A stretch of DNA of 63,553 nt, the filler included. It is 5 parts of 5 records of this genome, joined end to end, with 100 filler letters (N's around TTAATTAATTAA, not from the genome) between each part and the next. Parts side by side here need not be neighbours in the genome. Positions count along the whole stretch, not along the records: positions 41,383 to 56,404 come from SRR20825006_3084; positions 56,505 to 63,553 come from SRR20825006_3093; 3 more parts are not named here. One strand, 5' to 3'. The position numbers and the translations under genes were made by a program. Shown here one piece after another: positions 47,801 through 56,781 of this stretch. The notes below the pieces were generated by a model. The model was not told the DNA's origin. It searched no databases and saw nothing but the letters and a program-made list of their open reading frames with translations. Numbering within the stretch: position 1 is the stretch's first letter; every line of letters starts with the position of its first letter.

Positions 47801-47973
47801 TTCAGCTAGAAACCTCGATACAGGCGCAATTCATCAAACCAATGGCCACCTCCGTTGGCTTCGGTATATTGTTTGCCACGGCGGTCACATTATTTTTAGT
47901 GCCAATCCTGTTTTTTATCGCCCATGACATCAGCCAGTTTTTTGCTAAACGACTGAGCCCAAAAACCCTCTGA
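44848..47973 (+). CDS. RND efflux permease (AcrB/AcrD/AcrF family)
   Basis: NPVAANLLM, LGIVVDDAIV.GE, GVVVNDSLV and RFRAVILTSLTT motifs; 1041 aa. Confidence 0.95.
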   Translation: MTPYDRRSGAIGWMARNPVAANLLMAVVMLAGLVSLLDLRKEVFPTIPLEMIRITVPYPGSSPSEVEEGILIKIEEALQDMEDVDDIIAEANENVATVLVQMQPKTDMAPVLNDVTSRVNAIASFPANAEKPIIEEILAKNHTINLSIAGEKLSEHQLKALADDVRDDLLATGEITQIELVGVRDYEVAIELSDSTLRQYGLSFDQVVTLIRSRSENLPGGNVRTDSGTITLRSQGQAYSGDEYRRIPLLTRPDGTRLLLGDIANVRDGFSEQPILSRLNGANGARLTIFTVGRQSTLDVSQLVKNYAAQKQLELPDGVSLNVWFDNSRILKGRIDLLLKNALQGGILVLLALALFLRLSMAFWVLIGVPFSFLGAMMVMNLGFFDYSINLMSLFGFLLVLGIVVDDAIVTGESAYSYLESEQQGLDSIIHGVKRVSTATIFGVLTTIIAFTPMLTMTSHIGRFGSNIAVVVIFCLIFSLIETKLILPAHLRHIKLDKKSTGPIAALQNGFDRQLKAFVYNIYRPALQTLLAYRYVSLAVFVAGFIVVLSLVPAGIVRMVFFPDVPSDQIVISLRLPPSAPYQLTHDYALKIEAAAATVNERYRERTGEDVDAISNIETLSSSDDQARIWASLVPSEQRQIDSVILAQWWREAIGPLPGIKQLSFDAKAGPGEGVDLDVALESDDLAELQRAAQWLKAELQQISGVFDIRDTFGAGAPEVDIRIKPAGELLGLGQAEIARQVRQAFFGAEIQRFQRGRHEVRVYARLPLAERNTLETLEQLWIKLPSGERVPFSEVAEAQYSSGISSIKRVDRKRVVNIQTGIDKATIEPDAVVAKLDRDVMPTLLKQFPAVSYYYTGQVEEQQKDTRELQVMGSLVLLLIFAALAIPLKSYIQPLYIMSAIPFSVAGAIIGHWLTGNDLSMLSIIGVVALAGVVVNDSLVLVDFINQKVSEGEEKLKAVVEAGQMRFRAVILTSLTTFLGLLPIQLETSIQAQFIKPMATSVGFGILFATAVTLFLVPILFFIAHDISQFFAKRLSPKTL

Positions 47974-47983
47974 AGCGTGCAAA

Positions 47984-48014
47984 AAAAAAACGGCGCTCCC
48001 TGCGCCGTTTTTTT
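47984..48014. terminator. Bidirectional intrinsic terminator
   Basis: A-tract-CGGCGC-tccct-GCGCCG-T7 between convergent genes. Confidence 0.85.
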
Positions 48015-48027
48015 GCCGCCGCCGCAG

Positions 48028-48612
48028 TTAAAACTGCACGCGGCCACTAATGCCAAAGCTGTCTGTATCCAGGTCGCCAACAAAGCTGCGATTCAGCTCC
48101 GCTGCCACAGAGACCAGCGGCGTCACGTAGAGTCGCACACCAGCACCAAGCACAGCGCCGCTATCATCACCCTTATCGTAATCTGCGTGGGCATAACCCG
48201 CACTGAGATTACCCTCTATATTATTGGTCAGCCAGGTGCGTGATTGCACACTCGCTGCCAAGGTATCGATGTCGTTGTCACCCCGGTCGGGATCGGTATA
48301 GCTGTAGTCCAGCGCCAATACTAAGTCGCTGCGCTCAGATATCCGCATCGGATGGCCCACACCGAGGCTCACCACATCGGCCTCACCGGGATCAAAATCC
48401 AGATTACCCACTGACGCGCGAATAAATACATTGCGATCCAAGGCCAGCGAGCCGCCACCATAAAGGTAGTCGCCATCGCGATCATCCACCTCAATATCAG
48501 CCACCCCTAATTCCGCATAACTGTAGCTAAATTCCTTTGCCATCAGTGGTGAGCTGACCGCAAGTGCAAGAAAGCCAGCGGGAACCATTAGAGTCGATGT
48601 AATGCGCTTCAT
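48028..48612 (-). CDS. Small outer-membrane beta-barrel protein
   Basis: Signal peptide, FSYSYAE start of the mature protein, alternating beta pattern, terminal Phe; start at ATG 48612. Confidence 0.85.
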   Translation of the reverse strand: MKRITSTLMVPAGFLALAVSSPLMAKEFSYSYAELGVADIEVDDRDGDYLYGGGSLALDRNVFIRASVGNLDFDPGEADVVSLGVGHPMRISERSDLVLALDYSYTDPDRGDNDIDTLAASVQSRTWLTNNIEGNLSAGYAHADYDKGDDSGAVLGAGVRLYVTPLVSVAAELNRSFVGDLDTDSFGISGRVQF

Positions 48613-48768
48613 AAGACATCCTTTTTTTGCCAATAGATGCCTTTTAGACGAGCTCATATTACTGAGTTCACCGAAAAAACCGGCTTTGTGAAGAAGTTGA
48701 CACAGGCGCAAAAAACGGCAAAAACGCGGGAACCGCGTCGCCATAAATCTGTCGGGAGTGGGATAACG

Positions 48769-49206
48769 TTACGATTCCAGTAGAAAAGTCACCGGCCCGT
48801 CATTGAGCAGAGAGATCTGCATATCCGCGCCAAACTCTCCGCTTGCCAGTTTTGCCTGGCGAGGAGAAAGCCACGCCAGGGCATGATCGTAAAGCTGGCG
48901 GGCGCGCTCGGGTTCCGCGGCCGTTGAAAATCCGGGGCGCCGCCCCTTACTGGTTTGTGCCGCAAGAGTAAACTGGGAAACCACCAACAGCCCGCCATCA
49001 ATATCGCGCAGCGACAAATTCATACGCCCCTGCTCATCGGAAAATATGCGGTAATTCAGTACCCTTTCCAATAACTTTTCCAGCTCGGTTTCACTGTCGT
49101 ATTTTTCCAGCCCGAGAAACAACAATATTCCCTGACTAATTTCACCAACGCAGTGCTGATCAACCTCGACCTTCGCGTGGCGAACCCGTTGAAGTAGTGC
49201 TTTCAT
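48769..49206 (-). CDS. dtd: D-aminoacyl-tRNA deacylase
   Basis: QRV, RIF.D..G.MN.S, SQFTL and NDGPVT motifs. Confidence 0.97.
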   Translation of the reverse strand: MKALLQRVRHAKVEVDQHCVGEISQGILLFLGLEKYDSETELEKLLERVLNYRIFSDEQGRMNLSLRDIDGGLLVVSQFTLAAQTSKGRRPGFSTAAEPERARQLYDHALAWLSPRQAKLASGEFGADMQISLLNDGPVTFLLES

Positions 49207-49239
49207 TCAATTCTCAATACGTAAATCCGTGGCGCAGTA

Positions 49240-50217
49240 TTATGCGCCCTCGCCCGAAAACTGCCGTACCAGCACCTCGGCAATCTCATCTGTTGCCTTA
49301 ACCAGGGCATCACTCATGCTCGGCTCAAAAGCGGAGTGCCCGGCATCGCGAACCACGAACAACTCGGCGGCTGGCCAGTATTGCGATAGCGTCATCGCGT
49401 TGTCCAGCGGGCAGATCATATCGTAACGACCGTGGACAATAACCCCGGGAATATCTGCCAGCGCCGACATATTATCCAGGATTTCCTGATTCAACAGGTA
49501 CGGGTCACTGCGGAAAAAGTGATTCTCGATATGCGCCATCGCCACGGCGGTGTGAGCGTCCAGCAAATGCGACTCAACATCGTGGTTAGGGCGCAGCGTT
49601 GAGCAGCGCCCCTCCCAGTGGCACCAAGCCTTTGCGGCGGACATCCGCGCCAGTTCATTACTGCCGTGCAACTGCCGGTGATAAGCCTCGATCCAGCTCT
49701 CACCGGGTTGGCGATGGGCGGCCTCGTCAAACTCCTGCCAGTAATCGGGAAAGACGCGGCTCGCGCCTCCCTCCTCGTAAAACCACTGAAGCTCCTGAGG
49801 ACGGCACAAAAATATACCGCGCAATATCATCGCCAGCACGCGGCTCGGGTGACGTTGTGCATAGGCAATACTGAGCGTGGATCCCCAGGAGCCACCAAAC
49901 AGCACCCAGTGATGTACACCCAAATACTCTCGAATGGCTTCCATGTCTTCGATCAGCGCTTGCGTCGTATTGTTGTCCAGACAGGCATGGGGCTCGGATT
50001 GACCACAGCCGCGCTGGTCAAACAAAATAATGCGGTAGACCTCTGGGTCAAAAAAGCAGCGCGCCTTGGGGCTGCAACCCGCACCGGGACCGCCGTGCAC
50101 AAATAGCACGGGGATACCGTCCGGGTTACCAGATTCTTCTACATAGAGAACGTGGGGGGCTTGAACAGCCAGACGATGACGTTGATAAGGTTTGATATCG
50201 GGATAAAGTGCCAACAT
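49240..50217 (-). CDS. pip: Proline iminopeptidase
   Basis: HGGPG, DQRGCG.S.P, GGSWGS, LRGIF, GRYD..CP and AGHS motifs. Confidence 0.95.
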   Translation of the reverse strand: MLALYPDIKPYQRHRLAVQAPHVLYVEESGNPDGIPVLFVHGGPGAGCSPKARCFFDPEVYRIILFDQRGCGQSEPHACLDNNTTQALIEDMEAIREYLGVHHWVLFGGSWGSTLSIAYAQRHPSRVLAMILRGIFLCRPQELQWFYEEGGASRVFPDYWQEFDEAAHRQPGESWIEAYHRQLHGSNELARMSAAKAWCHWEGRCSTLRPNHDVESHLLDAHTAVAMAHIENHFFRSDPYLLNQEILDNMSALADIPGVIVHGRYDMICPLDNAMTLSQYWPAAELFVVRDAGHSAFEPSMSDALVKATDEIAEVLVRQFSGEGA

Positions 50218-50301
50218 TCAGCGCACCTGAGGTCGATTAACAGCGGAGACCTTCAGTGTAGCGCAGCGAGGGACGGCTTGCCCGCCCTCGCCCCAGGCAA
50301 A

Positions 50302-52110
50302 TTATTTTGCCGCGCGTTTGCGCTCGTTTTCCGTTAGCAGCTTTTTACGCAGGCGAATGCTCTTCGGCGTCACTTCCACCAACTCGTCGTCTTCAATGAA
50401 CTCGAGCGCTTGCTCAAGGGTATGACGTACCGGCGGCGTCAGCGTCAGCGCATCATCGGTGCCAGAAGCGCGAACGTTAGTCAGCTGCTTGGCCTTGGTC
50501 GCATTCACCACCAGGTCGTTGCTACGGCTGTGCAAACCGATAATCTGCCCTTCGTAAATTTCCTCAGCGTGGCCGAGGAACAAGCGACCGCGATCCTGCA
50601 GGTTAAACAAACCGTAGGCAAGGGTTTTGCCCTTCACCATTGAGACCAACACGCCGTTTTGGCGCTTGGCCATCTCACCGCCTTTCACTTCACCGTAGTG
50701 GTCGAAGACTGTGGTCATAATACCGCTGCCCGAGGTCAGCGTCAGGAATTGACCACGGAAGCCGATCAGGCCACGCGCAGGCGCAATAAACTCAAGCTTA
50801 ACGCGACCTTTGCCGTCGGGCTCCATGTTGGTCAGCTCTGCCTTGCGCAGACCCAACTCTTCCATGACGGCACCTTGGTGCTGCTCTTCAACGTCGATAA
50901 CAACCTGCTCGTAGGGCTCTTGCAGAACGCCGTCAATTTCTCGCTGAACAACTTCTGGGCGTGACACACCCAGCTCAAAACCCTCGCGACGCATGGTTTC
51001 AATCAATACCGACAAGTGCAGCTCACCGCGACCGGACACTTTGAATTTGTCGGGGCTGTCGCCCTGCTCAACCCGCAGCGCCACATTGTGGATCAGCTCT
51101 TGCTGGAGACGGTCGTTGATATTACGCGAGGTAACAAACTTGCCTTCCAAACCGGCAAACGGTGAATCGTTAACCTGGAAGGTCATACTGACTGTGGGCT
51201 CGTCAACGGTCAGCGCTGGCAACGCTTCCGGCTGACTGGGCGAACAGATGGTATCGGAAATATTTAAGCCTTCGATACCGGTGATACATACAATATCGCC
51301 GGCTTGTGCTTGCTCGACTTCAACACGCTCCAGACCGTGATAACCCATCACCGTGAGCACACGCCCTTTGCGCTGCTTACCATCGGCGCCAACAACCACA
51401 ACCTGCTCATTGGGCTTCATGGTACCGCGCGTGATGCGGCCAACACCGATAACGCCGACATAGCTGTTGTAGTCCAGCGCTGAAATTTGCATTTGCAGCG
51501 GGCCGTCAACATCGACATCCGGCGAAGGCACTTTATCCACGATCATCTCAAACAGCGGCGTCATATCCTCCGCCAGCTCGTCGGCCTCTGGGCCGGCAAT
51601 ACCGTTCAAGGCAGATGCGTAAATGATGGGGAAATCAAGCTGTTCGTCGGTCGCACCCAGGCGGTCGAACAGGTCAAAGACTTGGTCGATTACCCAGTCA
51701 GGGCGAGAGCCTGGGCGGTCGACTTTATTGACGACAACAATGGGCTTGAGACCGCGCTCGAACGCTTTTTGTGTAACGAAGCGTGTCTGCGGCATAGGGC
51801 CGTCTACGGCGTCTACCAGCAGCAGTACACAATCAACCATCGACAACACCCGCTCAACTTCACCGCCAAAGTCGGCGTGCCCAGGGGTGTCCACAATGTT
51901 AATGCGGTAGTCGTTCCAGCGGATCGCGGTGTTCTTAGCAAGGATGGTAATGCCGCGCTCTTTCTCCTGATCATTAGAGTCCATAACACGCTCGGTGTCT
52001 TGGTTGCGGCGGTCGAGCGTACCCGACTGACTCAGCAGTTTATCAACCAGGGTCGTTTTACCGTGGTCAACGTGGGCGATGATGGCAATATTGCGCAGCT
52101 TATCAATCAT
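50302..52110 (-). CDS. typA: Translational GTPase TypA/BipA
   Basis: [42 protein letters not shown]; start at ATG 52110. Confidence 0.98.
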   Translation of the reverse strand: MIDKLRNIAIIAHVDHGKTTLVDKLLSQSGTLDRRNQDTERVMDSNDQEKERGITILAKNTAIRWNDYRINIVDTPGHADFGGEVERVLSMVDCVLLLVDAVDGPMPQTRFVTQKAFERGLKPIVVVNKVDRPGSRPDWVIDQVFDLFDRLGATDEQLDFPIIYASALNGIAGPEADELAEDMTPLFEMIVDKVPSPDVDVDGPLQMQISALDYNSYVGVIGVGRITRGTMKPNEQVVVVGADGKQRKGRVLTVMGYHGLERVEVEQAQAGDIVCITGIEGLNISDTICSPSQPEALPALTVDEPTVSMTFQVNDSPFAGLEGKFVTSRNINDRLQQELIHNVALRVEQGDSPDKFKVSGRGELHLSVLIETMRREGFELGVSRPEVVQREIDGVLQEPYEQVVIDVEEQHQGAVMEELGLRKAELTNMEPDGKGRVKLEFIAPARGLIGFRGQFLTLTSGSGIMTTVFDHYGEVKGGEMAKRQNGVLVSMVKGKTLAYGLFNLQDRGRLFLGHAEEIYEGQIIGLHSRSNDLVVNATKAKQLTNVRASGTDDALTLTPPVRHTLEQALEFIEDDELVEVTPKSIRLRKKLLTENERKRAAK

Positions 52111-52298
52111 GGGCGAGGTCGTCGTCGGATAAATTTGGGCGCGCAGTATACACCAGCGGCGCCGAGATACGCACAACTCATCAGCATCTACGACATATTG
52201 CCAGTGTTTCCTCGGCCACCGCACTGGCCAAACCTTGGGCCGAAGTACCATTTACCGCTACAATTCCCAAAAAAGCCTTCCCGCGACGGAAAAATAAT

Positions 52299-53645
52299 AT
52301 GAGTAAAGCCCTTTCGGCCCCCGAGGGCGTGACATGGAAATCGCGCTGGACATTTATACTTGCCGCCACAGGCTCAGCCGTCGGCCTTGGCAACATTTGG
52401 AAATTTCCCTACATCACCGGTGAATATGGCGGCGGTGCATTTGTACTGGTTTATCTCGCCTGCATATTGATGATCGGCATTCCCGTGATGATTGCTGAAG
52501 TTATGCTCGGCCGCGCCGGGCGCAGCGACCCCGCCGACTCAATGGCCAAACTGGCAAAAGAAAGCGGACGCAGTCGCTACTGGGGCGTGATCGGGGGTGT
52601 CGGCATGCTCGCCGGCCTGCTTATCATGATGTTTTACAGCGTTGTCGCTGGCTGGGCGTTGGAATACGTATCACAGAGTATCGGCGGCACTTACAGCAAT
52701 TTAGACCCGGCGCAAATCGAGAGCAATTTCAGCGGCTTACTCGCCAGCAACAGCCAACAGCTGCTTTGGCACAGCGTGTTCTGCGTGCTCACTGCCGGCG
52801 TTGTGGCAGCGGGGGTCACACAGGGCATCGGCAAGGCCGTCGACATTTTGATGCCCATGCTGTTTTTCTTCCTGTTACTACTGGTGGGCTACAGCGCAGT
52901 AAACGGCGATTTCGAAGCCGGGCTGCACTTTATGTTCGACACGGATTTTAGCCGCCTAAACGGCGAGGCAATACTGGTAGCGATGGGGCACGCCTTCTTT
53001 ACCCTGAGCCTCGGCATGGGCGCCATCATGGCCTATGGCGCATACTTTCCCGGGCATTCGTCCATCGGCAAAACCGTCATGACGATCGCCGCACTGGATA
53101 CCATTATTGCCCTATTGGCGGGCATGGCGATGTTCCCGCTGGTCTTCGCTAACGACTTAACACCGGGCCAAGGGCCGGGGCTGATGTTTGTCACACTGCC
53201 GATCGCCTTCTCCAACATGAGCGGCGGCATCTTTTTCGGCACCCTGTTTTTCACGCTGGTGAGCATCGCCGCACTCAGTTCGTCGATCTCCCTTATTGAG
53301 CCGGGCGTCGCGTGGCTGGAAAAGCACGGCGTCAAGCGGCCGGTATCCACCTTCGGCTTGGCCGGTATCGCCTGGCTGGGCGGCATCGCGAGCATTCATT
53401 ACGAGTCCGTATTCAACGCCCTGGACTACCTGACGGCCAACGTTATGCTGCCGCTTGGCGGCCTGTTAATCGCGGTATTTGTCGGCTGGCTGATGCCTAG
53501 CGACCGGGTGTTCGACGAAACCGGCATATTGCACGCCAAGGTCTTCAAAGCCTGGCGCTTTTTGTTGCGCTACATTGCACCACTGGGCATTATCGCGGTG
53601 TTCCTGCACAGCCTGGGCCTACTCGGCTGGCTTATGCGCCACTGA
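52299..53645 (+). CDS. NSS (neurotransmitter:sodium symporter) family transporter
   Basis: GSAVGLGNIWKFPY..G..GGGAF, FFTLSLGMG and GPGL.F.TLP motifs. Confidence 0.95.
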   Translation: MSKALSAPEGVTWKSRWTFILAATGSAVGLGNIWKFPYITGEYGGGAFVLVYLACILMIGIPVMIAEVMLGRAGRSDPADSMAKLAKESGRSRYWGVIGGVGMLAGLLIMMFYSVVAGWALEYVSQSIGGTYSNLDPAQIESNFSGLLASNSQQLLWHSVFCVLTAGVVAAGVTQGIGKAVDILMPMLFFFLLLLVGYSAVNGDFEAGLHFMFDTDFSRLNGEAILVAMGHAFFTLSLGMGAIMAYGAYFPGHSSIGKTVMTIAALDTIIALLAGMAMFPLVFANDLTPGQGPGLMFVTLPIAFSNMSGGIFFGTLFFTLVSIAALSSSISLIEPGVAWLEKHGVKRPVSTFGLAGIAWLGGIASIHYESVFNALDYLTANVMLPLGGLLIAVFVGWLMPSDRVFDETGILHAKVFKAWRFLLRYIAPLGIIAVFLHSLGLLGWLMRH

Positions 53646-53674
53646 TACCGCTAGCACCTCATTTAGGATCACTT

Positions 53675-54109
53675 GTGAACAGCACCCTGCTCCGCAGCTT
53701 TATTTTGGTTGGTCTCATTGCCTTTGGTGGCCTGTATTACTACAGCAGCCAAGTCGAAGAGCAGTACGGCGAGCCCGCGCGCAGTTATTTAGACACGGCA
53801 CTGAGCAGCATTTCGAGCTGGCAGCCCGCAGCGCTGCGCGCCCAGCTCAGCCGCGAAACACTGGCGCAAGTCAATGATAAGCAACTGGCTGCACTCAGCG
53901 CGCAATACCAGCATTTAGGGCAATATCAGCGCATGGATGAGCTGCGCTTTTCTCGCCTGAGTGGCGCCCTATCTCTCTTTGCAGACTCGCCGCGACTCAG
54001 TTATAGCAGCAAGCTTTATTTCGAAAACGGCAGCGCGATCATGACCGCAACGCTGACCCTGCAAGATCAACGCTTCAAACTGTATAACTTCAATTTGGCT
54101 ACGCCCTGA
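53675..54109 (+). CDS. Hypothetical membrane-anchored protein
   Basis: N-terminal TM; fills the gap after the NSS transporter. Confidence 0.65.
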   Translation: MNSTLLRSFILVGLIAFGGLYYYSSQVEEQYGEPARSYLDTALSSISSWQPAALRAQLSRETLAQVNDKQLAALSAQYQHLGQYQRMDELRFSRLSGALSLFADSPRLSYSSKLYFENGSAIMTATLTLQDQRFKLYNFNLATP

Positions 54110-54122
54110 CGCGGCAAAAGCG

Positions 54123-54542
54123 CTAGCTTTCGATCAGCGACCGCGCCAGTATGGCCCTGGCAGCAGCAGAAATAGCCTCCGGCCGGTGATCCTCATTCAC
54201 ATGTACCAGGGTGGCATCGCCCTCTGCCACCAGCTGCTCACCATCGTCACTAAATAGCGCTTGCCGCAAACTAAAGCTACTGTTCCCCACGCGCGTAACC
54301 CAGGCGCGCGCCCGCAGCGATCGGCCGTGCCGCCACTCCTGCCGGTAATTCAAAGCGATGGCCGCAATCACAAGCCGAAAGCCGCCCAAGGCCAGCATTT
54401 CCTCGGAGCGCAGCCAGTGCACTCGCGCCTCTTCAAGATAAGAGAAGTACTGCACGTGATTGATATGCCCCAGGCTGTCTTGATCGGCCCAGCGAGGCGC
54501 TATCTCGACATCAAATAACGGCGGTTGCGTGTAGATAGTCAT
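54123..54542 (-). CDS. Acyl-CoA thioesterase (4HBT/FcbC-like)
   Basis: RWAD.D.LGH.N...Y..Y.EEAR and G.SSF motifs. Confidence 0.9.
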   Translation of the reverse strand: MTIYTQPPLFDVEIAPRWADQDSLGHINHVQYFSYLEEARVHWLRSEEMLALGGFRLVIAAIALNYRQEWRHGRSLRARAWVTRVGNSSFSLRQALFSDDGEQLVAEGDATLVHVNEDHRPEAISAAARAILARSLIES

Positions 54543-55993
54543 GAGGGGCGATACACCTTAATGTTGTCATACCCCTGCTCAAGCAGGTGTGCAGCATGCA
54601 GACGACTCATCACTCCCTTGTCGCAATACAGCTGGTAGACCGTGTCGCGATCGAGCTCAACGCAGCGCTTATGCAATTCATAAAAGGGCATGCACGCCAC
54701 GCGATTGCGTTCCAACTTGAGCGGCTTGCGGTCAACTTCATCGGGGTGGCGCACATCCAGCACCACGGCGTCAGCCAAGGGAATCGGCAGCACCTCGACC
54801 TCGGTATGGCTGACCTCTTCATCTGCCAATTTGTCGATGTTGATATATTTGGCACTGGCAACCGCGCGCTCAAGCACTGAAAAATCGAACTTCTCTTCCT
54901 CCGCAGCAATCCGCTCCGGGCGCGCGCGCGTGGTGGGCTTCACAGAAATCACACCGCAGTATTCAGGCATATTCGCGGCAAATTGCTCGGTGCCAATTCT
55001 GGACGCGGTATTGATAATATCCAACTTGTCGGTGGTGATCAGCGGGCGCAACACCAGGGTATCAGTCACCTGATCGATCACAGAGAGGTTGGTTAGCGTC
55101 TGACTACTCACCTGAGACACCGCCTCACCAGTCACCAGCGCTGGCGCCTCCAGCTCCGCCGCAACCTGTTCGGCAGCGCGCAACATCATGCGCTTGAGAA
55201 TCACCCCCATCTGTGAGTTCTCAACATTCTTCAAAATTTCGGCGACAACATCTTCAAATGGCACGCTGATAAATTTCACGCGATGCGACGCACCAAACTT
55301 CTGCCAGAGATACAGCGCGACTTCTTTTACCCCCACCTCGTGCTCACGACCACCGAGATTGAAAAAGCAAAAATGCGTGCGCATGCCCCGCTTCATTGTC
55401 ATGTAACTGGACACCGTGGAATCAAAGCCACCGGAAATCAGGCTAACAACGGAGTCGACGGTGCCGATGGGGTAGCCACCCAGCCCTTCGTGGCGTCGCC
55501 TGACAACAAAGAACTGATTGTGACGGACTTCGACGCGCACCACTTCATCGGGGTTTTTCAGCTTCACACCACCCGTTTCTGAATACTGATTTAAGCCACC
55601 ACCGACGTAGCGTTCAACCTCATTGGAATTGAACTCGTGATCACCCGTGCGCTTGCAGCGCACCGCAAAGGTTTTACCACGCAAGCTATCGCCAACGGCG
55701 TCCCGGACCTTTTCATAGATATCGTGCACATCTACCAAGGGGTACTCTGCCACCTCGACGACATGAGCAATGCCCGGGGTATTGCCCAACACTGCCAATA
55801 TCGCCGCAATATCTGCGTCGGCACGACACTGGGTTTCAATAGTGATACGGTCCCATTCACGAACGATATGGAGTTCAGGGTCAATCGGAATCAGCAGCTT
55901 GCGCAGGTTATCGCGCAACTGTTTGATGAACTTTTTGCGAACAGGCTTGCTCTTGATGATAATTTCAGGGAAGAGCTTTACGATGAACTTCAT
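54539..55993 (-). CDS. thiI: tRNA 4-thiouridine synthase with C-terminal rhodanese domain
   Basis: PEI..KS..VR, SGGFDS, PEYCG, YCDKGVMSRLHA. Confidence 0.97.
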   Translation of the reverse strand: MKFIVKLFPEIIIKSKPVRKKFIKQLRDNLRKLLIPIDPELHIVREWDRITIETQCRADADIAAILAVLGNTPGIAHVVEVAEYPLVDVHDIYEKVRDAVGDSLRGKTFAVRCKRTGDHEFNSNEVERYVGGGLNQYSETGGVKLKNPDEVVRVEVRHNQFFVVRRRHEGLGGYPIGTVDSVVSLISGGFDSTVSSYMTMKRGMRTHFCFFNLGGREHEVGVKEVALYLWQKFGASHRVKFISVPFEDVVAEILKNVENSQMGVILKRMMLRAAEQVAAELEAPALVTGEAVSQVSSQTLTNLSVIDQVTDTLVLRPLITTDKLDIINTASRIGTEQFAANMPEYCGVISVKPTTRARPERIAAEEEKFDFSVLERAVASAKYINIDKLADEEVSHTEVEVLPIPLADAVVLDVRHPDEVDRKPLKLERNRVACMPFYELHKRCVELDRDTVYQLYCDKGVMSRLHAAHLLEQGYDNIKVYRPS

Positions 55994-56072
55994 TGTGACA
56001 CCACGGAGATAGCTGGGCGGGCATTATAGCGGTTCACTTAAAACGCTTCAGCTCCGCAGAAACCCCGACAAC

Positions 56073-56108
56073 GCACCAAAATGAAACAACAGAGCACTAT
56101 ATTGGTGC
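56073..56108. promoter_or_regulatory. NtrC binding sites upstream of glnA
   Basis: GCACTATATTGGTGC (56094-56108; GCAC-N7-GTGC) and a weaker GCACCAAAATG site at 56073. Confidence 0.8.
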
Positions 56109-56189
56109 GCACTTTTTGGCAAAACGCACAGTTTTCAGGCAAAGTGGGTTTTTCGCTCGGATTTTGAACAAAAAACCAGCACAAAAATA

Positions 56190-56205
56190 TGGCACGCATA
56201 TTGCT
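56190..56205 (+). promoter_or_regulatory. Sigma54 (-24/-12) promoter of glnA
   Basis: TGGCAC-GCATA-TTGCT. Confidence 0.88.
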
Positions 56206-56375
56206 CTATAAATTTCGAACAGAAACAGCGGCGCCACGGCCCGCAGCGCATATGCGTGTTTACTTTCGGTTCTATGCAGATGTCGCTATGCGGCACGCGG
56301 CAATGAACCTATAATCGCCACTGCTTTCGGCCACGCCGAATCGACTACAAGACTCTATATTGGAGGATGTTAAGA

Positions 56376-56404
56376 ATGTCAGAGAACACTCTGAAGTTAA
56401 TCGC
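56376..56404 (+). CDS. glnA: Start of glutamine synthetase (truncated)
   Basis: GGAGG RBS, MSENTLKLI; identity inferred from divergence from thiI plus the NtrC/sigma54 promoter. Confidence 0.7.
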
Positions 56405-56504
56405 NNNNNNNNNNNNNNNNNNNNNNNNNNNNNNNNNNNNNNNNNNNNTTAATTAATTAANNNNNNNNNNNNNNNNNNNNNNNNNNNNNNNNNNNNNNNN
56501 NNNN
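56405..56504. other. Artificial contig spacer
   Basis: N44-TTAATTAATTAA-N44; abrupt shift to AT-rich DNA afterwards. Confidence 0.99.
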
Positions 56505-56515
56505 TACCTCTTACT

Positions 56516-56701
56516 ATGAATTACCAACAACCTAATGAAAGGCTTCAAATTATTAATGGCATGTACAAATTAGTTTCAGAAGACTACGTACAAGAATTAC
56601 AACCTGAACCTAAAACTAAAGTTAGACAAGCTTTAAGAAAATCTTCAACAAGAATTAAAAACTCCTTAAGACGACAGCTGGATAAGTGGATGGAATCTTA
56701 A
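56516..56701 (+). CDS. Small hypothetical protein (61 aa)
   Basis: Open frame in AT-rich DNA, basic C-terminal helix; no recognised motif. Confidence 0.5.
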   Translation: MNYQQPNERLQIINGMYKLVSEDYVQELQPEPKTKVRQALRKSSTRIKNSLRRQLDKWMES

Positions 56702-56781
56702 AAACTACTTTAATATGTTAACGTTTCATTAATTGTTTAGGGTAATGCTAATTTCTATCTTTAGCAGATAAAATTATCCAA

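Noticed and set aside
17102-56504. Four TTAATTAATTAA repeats flanked by N runs, as biological repeats or CtrA boxes; gene neighbourhoods across them
   Set aside because: They are identical 100-nt artificial spacers that cut genes and separate DNA of different composition and taxonomy, so cross-spacer context is meaningless.
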